A stretch of DNA of 64,000 nt from a virus (IMGVR_UViG_3300030035_000024); one strand, 5' to 3'. Positions 27,738-37,487 are shown, counted from the stretch's first letter. Numbers and translations are program-made. The notes: generated from the letters alone by a model not told the origin.

Positions 27738-29222
27738 TCATTCTTCGTTAGATGGAGAATTTTCCATTGGTTCTGTTTTGGACGGATTTTGAAACTTTCC
27801 GTCAAGTAATTGCTGTGCTTTCTGCATTTCCGCTTCCGGGTCTGCCAGTTCCGGGTAAATAGTTCCCAGATACGGTAAACTCATTTCGTAGACTTTCTGC
27901 GGATCACTAAATAAACCGCAAGTAATCAGTGCAATAAGCGGATGAATTTTATTTTTAAACAGATAATCAAGTGCCTGTGCTTTTACAAGCATATTGTCTG
28001 TCGGGTTTCTGGTTATCTTTACATCGAAATCTCGCGTTGAGATATTAACATCATTTGATGTGCCGCGAATAATATTCAGAATAATTCTAGCAGATTCCTT
28101 TTCAGCTTCCTTGGTGAATGCTTCTACCAATTTTGCATCTCTTTCTGCGAAGTCCCATCCATTACGAAGGTATACAGCATTTCCTGTATCACCTCCGCTA
28201 TTGCTTTGGCGGTTTGGCATTGCTTCCACAATCAGCATGTTATTGTAGATATCATCCTTTGCAACCTGGCTCTCTGATTGATTCAATTCAGCGGTCATCA
28301 GTTCAACATCCGACTGACAGCCATTTCCAGTATCTTTAACAGAGATGGCACCAAGTTTTACCATTTTCAAAAACTCGTTTTCATCTACCTCGCAGTTCTT
28401 GAACTTCATAAAGGCTTGCACAAACTGTTCAACGCCATTTAATCTATCAGACTGGTATTTGTTAATTGCATCAAATAATGTGATTGCAATTTCAACGTCC
28501 GAAAGCCTGTCATGATTGTTTGGACATTCAACAATAGGAATCCCTCCAAAACCGTTGATGCCGTAGTTAGTCACTTTTCCATTCTTGATTTCAAAAAACT
28601 GGTTCTTTGAATAACATAAATAATATTGCTGTTCATCTTCATCTTTTAAAATCTGCACGGAAAGCATTGGTTTCCCATTTCTCTGTGAGTATACAATGTA
28701 ACAATCACCAGGATATGGAATAAAGATTCTGAACGGCGGTAAATCTCCGTTTTTTGTCCAATCCTCTTCTTTCAGTATGGCCTTATAAGAAGTTCCTGTT
28801 GCACTTTGGTATATTGCCCTTTGGATGTTTCTTGCATCTGCATTGGCTTCATCCAGATAATCATTCAGAAGGTCAACTTGCTCATTTATTTTTTTGTCTG
28901 CATTTTTCTTTTTGCATACATATTGGATTGGTTCCCCGCAAATCTGCCCAGCTTTAAATTTTACAGTTTCAAATGCGTGATTTTCTACCACTCTGTTATT
29001 AACTTCTGGACGGACTATTTTATTTCGGTACAATATTGGCTGATCGCCTTTCATGTACCGATACAAGTAATCAATCAATGTTCGGTTTCTATTATGTATG
29101 CCAATTGTATCTGATACTACTTTTACTACATTTTGTGGAGTGATTCGGTCAACACCTGTGTAGGCTACTTTTCGCCCGAACTCACCTCGGCATAAATCTA
29201 CAAAATTCATTGTATTTCTCAA
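27738..29222 (-). CDS. Portal protein (494 aa)
   Basis: Size and position next to terminase L. Start may be TTG 29222 or ATG 29210. Confidence 0.8.
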   Translation of the reverse strand: MRNTMNFVDLCRGEFGRKVAYTGVDRITPQNVVKVVSDTIGIHNRNRTLIDYLYRYMKGDQPILYRNKIVRPEVNNRVVENHAFETVKFKAGQICGEPIQYVCKKKNADKKINEQVDLLNDYLDEANADARNIQRAIYQSATGTSYKAILKEEDWTKNGDLPPFRIFIPYPGDCYIVYSQRNGKPMLSVQILKDEDEQQYYLCYSKNQFFEIKNGKVTNYGINGFGGIPIVECPNNHDRLSDVEIAITLFDAINKYQSDRLNGVEQFVQAFMKFKNCEVDENEFLKMVKLGAISVKDTGNGCQSDVELMTAELNQSESQVAKDDIYNNMLIVEAMPNRQSNSGGDTGNAVYLRNGWDFAERDAKLVEAFTKEAEKESARIILNIIRGTSNDVNISTRDFDVKITRNPTDNMLVKAQALDYLFKNKIHPLIALITCGLFSDPQKVYEMSLPYLGTIYPELADPEAEMQKAQQLLDGKFQNPSKTEPMENSPSNEE

Positions 29223-29300
29223 AGCCGAACCATCCTTTCTACAAAATAAAAAGCACTGGATGTTTTAATCCAATGCTCTACTTTATATTCTACACATATT

Positions 29301-29332
29301 AAAAGTATCTTTCAGTATACTTCGGTATCATC
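29301..29332 (-). promoter_or_regulatory. Copy 3 of the 30-bp conserved motif (AAAAGTATCTTTCAGTATACTTCGGTATCATC)
   Basis: Lies about 80 nt upstream of the portal start and overlaps the stop codon of the ArpU-like gene. Confidence 0.45.
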
Positions 29333-29750
29333 TTTCAAAACCTTTTATCTTTTTTATTTCTGCTATGGCTTTTAAATGCTTTTTTTTAATGTGAATCTCT
29401 GAATAACCCATCTCATCTGCAATGCGAACCAAAGATTTGTACTCAACATAGTGCTTAAATAATATGTCATACAGTAATGGGTCTTCAACCTGTTCTATAG
29501 TTCGGACTATTTCTTGCCTTTTTTGCAAAAATTCGGATATCATTTTTGAAATCTCTTCTCGCAGATCAAATATCTTTGCAACCATATCTCCCATCGGATC
29601 ACGTTTTACAGAAGTTTGCACCTTTTCTCCAACAGGGATTGCAGATACACTTGTGGAAAGAGAACTGAGCTGTTCTTCTTCAATAAGCTTATTTTTGATT
29701 CTGTTATCATAATTTTCAATTTGTCGTAAATATTGAGCTGTAGTCATCAT
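29328..29750 (-). CDS. ArpU-like / sigma-r4-like phage late transcriptional regulator (140 aa)
   Basis: C-terminal HTH LVRIADEMGYSEIHIKKKHLKAI. Size and placement next to the terminase are typical of the ArpU family. Confidence 0.4.
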   Translation of the reverse strand: MMTTAQYLRQIENYDNRIKNKLIEEEQLSSLSTSVSAIPVGEKVQTSVKRDPMGDMVAKIFDLREEISKMISEFLQKRQEIVRTIEQVEDPLLYDILFKHYVEYKSLVRIADEMGYSEIHIKKKHLKAIAEIKKIKGFER

Positions 29751-29753
29751 ACT

Positions 29754-31448
29754 CTATCTCCTTCCCCACATAAAATTTTTGGTTGCTTTTACTTCTGCAA
29801 ATCTTTTGCCGGCAAGCGTTATTGCAAGCTGTGTAACTCCATCGGCGGCGTCATCATGTTCATTATCGCCAATATAGACGAATGTAGTTAATTCATCCAT
29901 AGCCTTTTGATACTGTTTATCTTGATATTTCGGAGCCAAAAATATAAAATTTTGCTTAACATCACCGGAATATTGATTTATTTTTTCTTTTTTTGCTTGT
30001 TTTGAAGGTGCTTTTGTACTTGTCGTGCTGCAAGCGTATTTATGTTCTTTCAAGCGTTCATTTACATAATAGGCATACATATCTCCACCATTATTTGCTT
30101 CAAAATTGATGGATTGAATATTATTTCCCATGATTCTTCCAACAACTAATGGCAATGTTCCTTCTTTTGGTGCTGTGCTAAAAATCCAATCATAAATATA
30201 TACATCTCCATTTTCGTATTCTGCACCCACTGGCATTGATAAGCTATCGCCACCACCCCACGCAACATCGCAAGCAGAAACATTTTTAACAAATCCACCT
30301 TCTGGTAGAACGCCGTTATAATATCTCAATTCATCAGCTGCAAACACAATTCCTTCACGCAAGAAGGGCTTTTGCTGATATTTGGCTTCCCATTCGTTAG
30401 CGTCTAGCCTAGCTTTCATATCAACATAATATTTTGTTGAAAATCCAACACCATACTCATAATCGAAATTGGATTCACCATCATCATTCAAAGCTGGAAT
30501 TTTTCTAAACCGATACATTGGATTATCCCGATTTAGCTTCTCGATTTTTCCAAGAGGGTCATATAAATTCCATCTGGTTCCAACCATAAGTTCTCTTGCA
30601 CCATCAATCTTACGGTCAACCATCTTGTTCAGATATTCTTGATATGTATTTTCCAATCGGGTAGGGCTTAATGAATGTTGCCTATCTCTTACAAGGTCAT
30701 CCACGTACAAATACCCATCAGAAGAAATATCAACGGCACCTGTCCAAGTACCTTCAATACCACGGCAAGTCATTGTTGCAAATCGGTCTGGTTTGTCCAG
30801 GTTTATTTCAAAATCATCAGCACTCTGTTTTTGAAGTTTCGACTGTGGAAAAATTTCACTGTAGTTGTATTCCTGTGTATTAATGAGATTAAGAAGTTCT
30901 CCGTAAAATCCTTTTGCCAGTTTTCCAGAATGACCGCCCATTGCACTATGGCTATTCGGTCTTTTTCCCATTATCCATGACATAAAGAAAATACACATAG
31001 TAGATTTTCCAACACGGCTCGGAAGTGATAAGCCGTAAAACTCTATCTTTCTTTCTTCCAAATCTTGTAGGTCTTTGGCTACTACATGTAGTGTTTTTTT
31101 TCGTGGAATATAAAATTTCTTGCTGTCCGGTCTATTTTTCTCCATATAAAGCAAGTAACTTTCAAATAAATGTGGCGCTTCCATCAGCAAATACTGCCAG
31201 TAGATATCGTCAAAGTCACCACTACCAGTTAATGCAGCACACTTCTCTGCTATGTTATGTGAGTATTGACTTACTTTCATAGCCATTTTCCGTGCTTCTT
31301 GGTTCTTGTTGAAAGGAAGGTCAATATTCATATTTAAGAGCAAATCAAGGCAATCTTTTTGGTTCTGATAGATTGTCATATCACTACTGATAATTTGATT
31401 CAGCACTGCCCGATACCATTCAAGCGAGCCTTCTGTAATTTTTCCCAT
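29754..31448 (-). CDS. terL: Terminase large subunit (564 aa)
   Basis: Walker A GLSLPSRVGKST. C-terminal nuclease acidic motifs including DDAADG. Confidence 0.85.
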   Translation of the reverse strand: MGKITEGSLEWYRAVLNQIISSDMTIYQNQKDCLDLLLNMNIDLPFNKNQEARKMAMKVSQYSHNIAEKCAALTGSGDFDDIYWQYLLMEAPHLFESYLLYMEKNRPDSKKFYIPRKKTLHVVAKDLQDLEERKIEFYGLSLPSRVGKSTMCIFFMSWIMGKRPNSHSAMGGHSGKLAKGFYGELLNLINTQEYNYSEIFPQSKLQKQSADDFEINLDKPDRFATMTCRGIEGTWTGAVDISSDGYLYVDDLVRDRQHSLSPTRLENTYQEYLNKMVDRKIDGARELMVGTRWNLYDPLGKIEKLNRDNPMYRFRKIPALNDDGESNFDYEYGVGFSTKYYVDMKARLDANEWEAKYQQKPFLREGIVFAADELRYYNGVLPEGGFVKNVSACDVAWGGGDSLSMPVGAEYENGDVYIYDWIFSTAPKEGTLPLVVGRIMGNNIQSINFEANNGGDMYAYYVNERLKEHKYACSTTSTKAPSKQAKKEKINQYSGDVKQNFIFLAPKYQDKQYQKAMDELTTFVYIGDNEHDDAADGVTQLAITLAGKRFAEVKATKNFMWGRR

Positions 31449-31457
31449 AAAAACAGA

Positions 31458-31500
31458 GCCAGACCTCCTTTCTTTTTAGGATTTAGTCTGGCTCTCATGT
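31458..31500 (-). promoter_or_regulatory. Hairpin (9-bp arms GAGCCAGAC/GTCTGGCTC) between the SPFH gene and terL
   Basis: Perfect inverted repeat seen in the sequence; possible attenuator or processing site. Confidence 0.3.
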
Positions 31501-31522
31501 GGCTCTTTGACTGATTTATTTA

Positions 31523-32476
31523 TTATTCAGCATTCTCATCGGATGTCATATCTCTTGTATCTACGATGGTAGAAGTGTTACTTCCATAAATCTTCGGAAC
31601 TTCACCATTCCATTTATCAATTTTCTGTTTTTCAATCAGTTCGGGAGTAAGAGATTCTGCGATTTTTCTATTTGCTTCTGCTTCAGCTTCTGCTTTAATC
31701 TTAATAGCTTCAGCTTTACCTTCTGCATCAATTTTGGCCTGTTCCGCTTGGATAGATGCTTTCTCCTTTTCCTGTTCAGCAGCAATCAGTGCAACTTCTT
31801 TATCTTTATCAGCTTGTACTTTTGCTGTTTTAGCTTCAATGTTAGCAAGTTCAAGCTCCTGTTGAGCGTTCACTTTCTTCTGAATTGCAGCCTGTGTTTC
31901 ATCATCGGTGGAAATAGAAGTAAAGTTTACTGTATCAATAATAATTCCGTATGGCTCAAACTTCTGTTTAAGATATTCGTCAAGTGCTTCATTCAGTTCC
32001 TGGCGTTTATCACCGAAAACATCTGTTACTGGATACTTCGCAGTTACTTCCTGAGTCCATGCTTTCATCTTTGGTTTAATAAAGGTATTCTTCACGGATT
32101 CACCGGATTGTCCTTTGAACTGAGTAAATACATCAGTTACTCTGCTCTGATCGAATTTATAAGAAAATTCAAGGTCAACTTGAAGCGATTTACCATCTGC
32201 TGTTGGTGTCTTGAAGCTTTCATCTTTTGGAGAATCGCCCTTATCCTCAGATGTAAGATAAGACTGCTCGATTCCAACGGAATACAGTGAAGTTTTTACT
32301 GTAGGTGAAATCAAATGCCATCCCTGTGTAAGTACATTCTTAGAGATTCCTCCGTTCATTTTGTACTCTACCGCAATGTAACCAGCCGGAACTCTCACAC
32401 TGCACTTTGCAACACATATAAGTCCTGCAATGATTACAACAGCTAATCCAATTCCACCTAAAAGTCCTTTTTTCAT
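31523..32476 (-). CDS. SPFH/band-7 (stomatin/prohibitin/HflKC-like) membrane protein (317 aa)
   Basis: N-terminal TM, then VRVPAGYIAVEYKMNGG...GWHLISP, the SPFH core. C-terminal Ala/Glu/Lys coiled coil. Confidence 0.75.
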   Translation of the reverse strand: MKKGLLGGIGLAVVIIAGLICVAKCSVRVPAGYIAVEYKMNGGISKNVLTQGWHLISPTVKTSLYSVGIEQSYLTSEDKGDSPKDESFKTPTADGKSLQVDLEFSYKFDQSRVTDVFTQFKGQSGESVKNTFIKPKMKAWTQEVTAKYPVTDVFGDKRQELNEALDEYLKQKFEPYGIIIDTVNFTSISTDDETQAAIQKKVNAQQELELANIEAKTAKVQADKDKEVALIAAEQEKEKASIQAEQAKIDAEGKAEAIKIKAEAEAEANRKIAESLTPELIEKQKIDKWNGEVPKIYGSNTSTIVDTRDMTSDENAE

Positions 32477-32637
32477 TTATTATCCTCCTCTTTTTGACTT
32501 TCGTCTTTATTTAACTCATCAATAGCATTTCTTCCAATGTGGTTCAATAATTTACCTAGTGGTTGAAATAATTTGTAAAGCAGGAACCATACTACTGCCG
32601 CTCCGCATACCACTAGAAATATAAATACTGGGTTCAT
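32473..32637 (-). CDS. Small membrane protein (54 aa), translationally coupled to the SPFH gene
   Basis: MNPVFIFLVVCGAAVVWFLLYKLF... Its TGA overlaps the SPFH ATG (ATGA). Confidence 0.35.
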   Translation of the reverse strand: MNPVFIFLVVCGAAVVWFLLYKLFQPLGKLLNHIGRNAIDELNKDESQKEEDNK

Positions 32638-32841
32638 TCAATCACCTAACTTTCTACAAATTTCAATAAAATCTGGCTTACTAAGTTCTTTCAGCTTGTC
32701 AGCATATTTTGGAAATTCATGTGTATATATCGGATGACCTAAAAGTTTTTCTGCGTATTCGTATGCAAGTCTTCTGTCATCACCTGTAAGCATACAAATT
32801 CCTGTATAGGTTTCAATTACTACGGCTTCTTGTTTTGTCAT
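32638..32841 (-). CDS. Hypothetical (67 aa)
   Basis: ORF-track ORF. Confidence 0.3.
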   Translation of the reverse strand: MTKQEAVVIETYTGICMLTGDDRRLAYEYAEKLLGHPIYTHEFPKYADKLKELSKPDFIEICRKLGD

Positions 32842-32862
32842 ACATATCCTTTCTTGATAAAA

Positions 32863-33057
32863 TCATATTTTTAATTCCGTAAAAATATTTTCAATTACTT
32901 TCCATTCTGCGAATACTGCCATAAACAGTAATGGTACTGCAGAAAATCCCCAATGATTTTCAATCATCATTTGAATTGTGGCTATCAAATAATCTGCTAC
33001 CCATTTGGATATTATGAAATTCGCAATTATCCAACATATTTTTCTGATTTTGTTCAT
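32863..33057 (-). CDS. Small membrane protein (64 aa)
   Basis: Hydrophobic segments. Confidence 0.3.
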   Translation of the reverse strand: MNKIRKICWIIANFIISKWVADYLIATIQMMIENHWGFSAVPLLFMAVFAEWKVIENIFTELKI

Positions 33058-33338
33058 TTGGTCACCATCTTTCTTTTTGATTTCAAGTATTTTCTGTATT
33101 TGCGACTGTATTTACGAAGAATTAAATCGAGCATAATGCTATTTGTCTGTTCTACGTTTTCTGACATAGTTGTGAGATATGGATAATCTTCTCTATCATC
33201 TACTAATGTCTTGAAGATTAAGTCTAAAGCAAACTGAGCACTGACAGGTGGGTCGCACAGTTCAAAGTCTTTATCCTTGTACCACTCATCAATCTTCTTT
33301 TGGAATCCATCAAAGGATATTTCTTCGTTCCATATCAT
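33054..33338 (-). CDS. Hypothetical (94 aa)
   Basis: ORF-track ORF in a tightly packed operon with 4-nt overlaps. Confidence 0.3.
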   Translation of the reverse strand: MIWNEEISFDGFQKKIDEWYKDKDFELCDPPVSAQFALDLIFKTLVDDREDYPYLTTMSENVEQTNSIMLDLILRKYSRKYRKYLKSKRKMVTK

Positions 33339-33604
33339 ACATTCACCTCAAATTCTTTCTTGCAATTACTACCCTTGCATTTCAACTTCAAGTGCTGAAT
33401 CTTCGTGTTTGGGCTAATCAGAAGTGCTTTCTTCTGGCAAAAAGGACAACAGGCGTATTTCGTTCCGTTAATATTTCGTATCAATGCCTGTCCATTCCAT
33501 GGTTCTGGTGGGTTCATGTATTCAGAAAAATCTATTCCTTCGGATTCCAATGCTGATTTAATGCTCATTAAAAATCTCCTTAAATTTCTTCCTATTAAAA
33601 CCAT
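33335..33604 (-). CDS. Zinc-ribbon protein (89 aa)
   Basis: CCPFCQK...CKGSNC cysteine pairs. Confidence 0.35.
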   Translation of the reverse strand: MVLIGRNLRRFLMSIKSALESEGIDFSEYMNPPEPWNGQALIRNINGTKYACCPFCQKKALLISPNTKIQHLKLKCKGSNCKKEFEVNV

Positions 33605-33755
33605 TGTCTTGGTTTCCCCAATACGGATATTGCTCTAAGCATTTTCTCATATAATCGCATGGATGTGCTTTTGCAAAGTCAACAATTTCTTTGGCAGGTG
33701 CCTGTTGTACTTGTGTCTTCCATTCTGGACAACCTTTTGTTTTTTCTTGATCCAT
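33558..33755 (-). CDS. Hypothetical small protein (boundaries uncertain)
   Basis: Overlaps its neighbours; one of the overlapping ORFs may be spurious. Confidence 0.2.
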   Translation of the reverse strand: MDQEKTKGCPEWKTQVQQAPAKEIVDFAKAHPCDYMRKCLEQYPYWGNQDNGFNRKKFKEIFNEH

Positions 33756-34029
33756 TAATTTTCCTCCGTTTCGGAATGCCATGCTTTTTTCGGAAATTAT
33801 TCTGGTTTATTCGATTTGGGGCAACTAGTGTCCAAAATAGTTCATTACTTAATTTACATTCAAGTTCAATACTTAACGGCTTGCCTATGCTACAAAGTGT
33901 GCCATCCTCATTTTTGTGAAGAATACCACCTTTGATAACAACGCCATCCGAAATTGAAATCTCTGGTATTGTTTCAATAACTTTTCCATTACATGTAAAG
34001 AAATGCTTTAATTCTTCCTTTTCACCCAT
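33679..34029 (-). CDS. Hypothetical (about 116 aa)
   Basis: Start at MGEKEELKHFF, adjacent to the upstream stop. Confidence 0.3.
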   Translation of the reverse strand: MGEKEELKHFFTCNGKVIETIPEISISDGVVIKGGILHKNEDGTLCSIGKPLSIELECKLSNELFWTLVAPNRINQNNFRKKHGIPKRRKINGSRKNKRLSRMEDTSTTGTCQRNC

Positions 34030-34030
34030 A

Positions 34031-34420
34031 TCAGCACATTCCTTTGTTTTTCCGTAAATTCGCATATCGGTCAACAATGACATCCAATGCGGTCTGCAGC
34101 TGATTGATTGTAATGCAATCATCCTGGTGCTGTCTGCGACATTTTGCGATTTCTACAGATTCATCATAAAGTGGCGTATCTGCATTTTCACGCACCTGCC
34201 TTTTTAAGTCATCGTTGTAATCGCACATTTTATCAAGTTCAGCCTGAAGCTCATTGATTTTATCATTTTTATCCAAAATTTCATGTTGTTTCTTCTCGCA
34301 TTCATCAGATAACCGAACAACTTCATTTTTTAGCTGATCTACAGTCCAATTCTTTAAATCTTCAATTCTCATGGCATTCTCCTCAAATCTTAGTAAATGT
34401 TTCCATATCGTAGTTGTCAC
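34031..34420 (-). CDS. Coiled-coil protein (129 aa)
   Basis: Charged heptad-rich sequence. Confidence 0.3.
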   Translation of the reverse strand: MTTTIWKHLLRFEENAMRIEDLKNWTVDQLKNEVVRLSDECEKKQHEILDKNDKINELQAELDKMCDYNDDLKRQVRENADTPLYDESVEIAKCRRQHQDDCITINQLQTALDVIVDRYANLRKNKGMC

Positions 34421-34622
34421 GGATATAATCTACGCACTCTTGCAACTTTTCTCTCAAAAATACATCCTTTGCAATATCTGGGTGAAGCGCATATAACAAG
34501 CAGCTTCCATCTTTCCCATCTTTCTGAAACTTTCTCCAATTGAACATCATAATGAATAAAGGAATTTTTGTAAGATTGTCCGTTTTTCTTTTGAGCCAAA
34601 AATTAGAAAGTTTTTTAATCAT
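34383..34622 (-). CDS. Hypothetical (79 aa)
   Basis: ORF-track ORF. Confidence 0.25.
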   Translation of the reverse strand: MIKKLSNFWLKRKTDNLTKIPLFIMMFNWRKFQKDGKDGSCLLYALHPDIAKDVFLREKLQECVDYIRDNYDMETFTKI

Positions 34623-34776
34623 TTCTCTCTTTCCTCCCTGTGCTTCATCTGACAGGCAATCATTTTAGCTATGTTCTCACGTTCCTGTTTTATGCCATGC
34701 CCTTGTCTGAACAATTCGCATTCAAGAATGTTTCCGCACTTGGAACATTCATCGTTGATTTCTTTACCAAAAACTT

Positions 34777-35142
34777 TCATTTTATATCTCCGTACAGTAA
34801 TATTTTAATAAACTGTTCTTTTGTAATTTCTTTCGCATTAATTTCAAGCCATAAGTCTCCATAGTGCAAAGAATTATACAATTCATCAATTCTACTTATT
34901 CGCATTTCAAACGGTTTGTCGCTTTGCAAAAAATAACTGGCAGCACTACGAAGTGTTTTTGTTCTATGAGGTGAATTAATAATGAAAGTCCCTACAATGC
35001 ATGTTTCCGTTTCTAAAATAAGTGTTTTCTTATTGAACTGTATTATTGATGTTATGTTATGTATTTTATCGAATAATTCTGTTAGAAAATAATCTGCGTC
35101 TTTATAATTGACTGCAATGTACAATACTGATATTTTGTTCAT
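34777..35142 (-). CDS. Hypothetical (about 121 aa), paralog of the 35262-35639 gene
   Basis: Shares ILY(I/A)A...F.MRIS.I motifs with the downstream paralog. Confidence 0.3.
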   Translation of the reverse strand: MNKISVLYIAVNYKDADYFLTELFDKIHNITSIIQFNKKTLILETETCIVGTFIINSPHRTKTLRSAASYFLQSDKPFEMRISRIDELYNSLHYGDLWLEINAKEITKEQFIKILLYGDIK

Positions 35143-35293
35143 TTCCAACACCCTCCCAAAACTCGCAACAGCACTCTGGTTTCGTAAAGTCTGCACAATG
35201 CTCACTATCACCATTGAAGCAAACACATGTGAAGTTATCATGTTTTCTGCAGGTTTTGCAATTAATTTCCATAACTATTTTTCTCCTCATCAA
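35102..35293 (-). CDS. Cys-rich small protein (63 aa)
   Basis: CKTCRK...CVCF...CCCEFW. Confidence 0.25.
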   Translation of the reverse strand: MMRRKIVMEINCKTCRKHDNFTCVCFNGDSEHCADFTKPECCCEFWEGVGNEQNISIVHCSQL

Positions 35294-35639
35294 TTCCGTT
35301 AAGAATACTAATAAGCTGTTCTTGGTTAATTTCCTTTGTACATGGCAAAAAATGGTCTTTTATAGTCTGTAAAGCAAAAAACATAGGTGAAATTAATGAT
35401 ATTCGCATTGTAAATGTACATTCGCTTTGCAGAAAATATTTTATTGGATAAAGTCCGTGCGAAATGTGATAATCCGCAATAGCAATTGCTTTCACAATGT
35501 AATCTTTTGTTTCAATAGTTTTAGTTGAAAAATTAGTTTTCAGAACAAGTTCATTTTTAATTTGGAATAATGTTGTACGTAAAAATAATTCTACATCTCT
35601 TCTAGTAGGTGCAATGTATAAAATAATTGGTTTTCTCAT
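35262..35639 (-). CDS. Hypothetical (125 aa), paralog of the 34777-35142 gene
   Basis: MRKPIILYIAP...CTFTMRISLISPMF. Confidence 0.3.
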   Translation of the reverse strand: MRKPIILYIAPTRRDVELFLRTTLFQIKNELVLKTNFSTKTIETKDYIVKAIAIADYHISHGLYPIKYFLQSECTFTMRISLISPMFFALQTIKDHFLPCTKEINQEQLISILNGIDEEKNSYGN

Positions 35640-35757
35640 TTCTTATACCTTACATTCAAAATCCAGTGTGCCGACTTGAACGGCATAAATCTCCCAACGA
35701 GAAACACTGGAACTTTAAGGGGGAAAATGCAACTTCTGGCAATGGCAATTTGCCAGA

Positions 35758-35829
35758 TAGAAACAACAGGAATCGAACCTGTGTCACATGATATTCAATA
35801 TCATTGCTCTACCACTGAGCTATGTTTCA
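35758..35829 (-). tRNA. tRNA-like gene (72 nt): canonical D and T arms, anticodon loop AUUGAAU (anticodon UGA, Ser-type without a long arm), 1:72 U-U mismatch
   Basis: Minus-strand TGAAACATAGCTCAGTGGTAGAGCAATGATATTGAATATCATGTGACACAGGTTCGATTCCTGTTGTTTCTA. Followed by a structured region (TCTGGCAA/TTGCCAGA hairpin). Confidence 0.45.
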
Positions 35830-35882
35830 TATCACCGCCTGTCACGGTCAGTTTAGAAACTGAGTTGATTTTCACCCTTTAT

Positions 35883-37334
35883 TTATTCCACTTTGATACA
35901 ATCATATCTTTCTGAATTAATTACATTTTCCATAGCTTCAATCGGATTGTATCCAAGATTCTGTAAGATTTGTTTGAAAACTGTTACAGATTGACCACTT
36001 GCAAGTTGAACGCCTTTTCTTTTTGAATCCGCATGAAATACGTCATGTCTTCTTTTAACATTCCAGAAAATAATGTTTGGAATAACGTATCCGGCTTTAT
36101 GGAACTTGTTTGCCATTTTATCATAAAACGACCAATTTCGATTTCCACAATAATCAATTTCCATATCAGAAATTACGACAATAGCTTTCGGCATTTCTTC
36201 CTGTGAAATATTATTTTTTTCTGCTATATCAAGCACCTTTTCAAATGCAGCTTTAAGGTCTGTACTATTGCCCCAATCAGCCCTTTTAGCATTATTGATT
36301 TTCTGTGAAAGGGTTTCACCCTTTAAAACAACTGTTTCTGGATTACTGGAAAATGTCATAAACAAATTGTGGTATGCCCCAACATTTCTTTCGGCAAAGT
36401 ATATTGCCAATCCGATTGATGTTGCCATTGGTCTTCCATACATTGAACCGGATACATCAGCCATAATCAAAGCGTTTGTTCCCTGTTCTATGTAATTTGG
36501 GAGTGCTTTCCATTGTGCTTCAAGAACTTTATTGTTCTCTCGTCCGTAAAGGATTTTTTCCACGATGTCATAAGGATACAAAGTTGAAGCGTTGATTTTA
36601 ACTTCTCCTTTATCAGCCTTATTAATAAAATCATTAAATCCATCTGGATCATGTTTTGCAAAAGCCTTGCGATAAATCATCATTGCACGGCTCGGAACTT
36701 CTGGATATTTAATCTCATTCCATTTACCGGCAGACATAAGGCTTTCAACAACACCGATCTGTTTTCTCATGCTACGAACAATTCTCTTAAAGTTGTAGAC
36801 TGGATAACCCAACTTCTGTGCAGTCAAGATTCCTAACTTCCTAGTTTCTCTGCTACTTGCATCAGCAGTCTTAATCCATTTAGCAAGTAAAGAAATTGCT
36901 TTTCCATCATTGAGATTTTTCAAATCTTCCTCAAATTGTTTCTTCATAGATTTCCACATGTCATCTTCAAGTGGTGTTTCAATCAGTTCATACAGATCAT
37001 CGTATCTCCCGAATACTCCAATCAAATCAAGATTCGGTCTGAGTGCTTCTGGATGATGTTCAGCCATGTAACGGATAATGGTTCGAAAAGTTTTTCTCTC
37101 TCCAAGCCCACAACGAATATCTCTTGCATAAAAAGCAATCTTTGTGGCAAAGAGTTTATCCTGTGCAAATGCTTCTGAGAATAAAGTGGTGATTCTATTT
37201 TCATCAGCTTCTCTCAATGCACCAATAGTTCCGAACAGGTCAAGTCTTGCATCGCTTGTAGTATTCAGCGCAACTGCTCCGTTTTCGGTTCTTGTAAATT
37301 TTTTTTCTTGTTTCATTGCATTTGCAAAATCCAT
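35883..37334 (-). CDS. vWA-domain protein with N-terminal helical (TROVE-like?/DUF2828-like) region, 483 aa
   Basis: MIDAS motif DVSGSM (D-x-S-x-S) with downstream T and D in a vWA-like segment (aa 290-420). About 290 aa of helical N-terminus. Flanked by tRNA-like RNAs. Confidence 0.5.
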   Translation of the reverse strand: MDFANAMKQEKKFTRTENGAVALNTTSDARLDLFGTIGALREADENRITTLFSEAFAQDKLFATKIAFYARDIRCGLGERKTFRTIIRYMAEHHPEALRPNLDLIGVFGRYDDLYELIETPLEDDMWKSMKKQFEEDLKNLNDGKAISLLAKWIKTADASSRETRKLGILTAQKLGYPVYNFKRIVRSMRKQIGVVESLMSAGKWNEIKYPEVPSRAMMIYRKAFAKHDPDGFNDFINKADKGEVKINASTLYPYDIVEKILYGRENNKVLEAQWKALPNYIEQGTNALIMADVSGSMYGRPMATSIGLAIYFAERNVGAYHNLFMTFSSNPETVVLKGETLSQKINNAKRADWGNSTDLKAAFEKVLDIAEKNNISQEEMPKAIVVISDMEIDYCGNRNWSFYDKMANKFHKAGYVIPNIIFWNVKRRHDVFHADSKRKGVQLASGQSVTVFKQILQNLGYNPIEAMENVINSERYDCIKVE

Positions 37335-37487
37335 GTTTCTTCTCCTTTCAGGACACGAAAAATATAAAATATACGAATTAGATTTTATTTAAGTGAGTTG
37401 CTGCAAGCGTCCCATAAATTTCATGATGCTTTTTGGTTTCATAATTAACAGTTATGTCCAAAATGATTGCTGTAAGCATCACATAAT

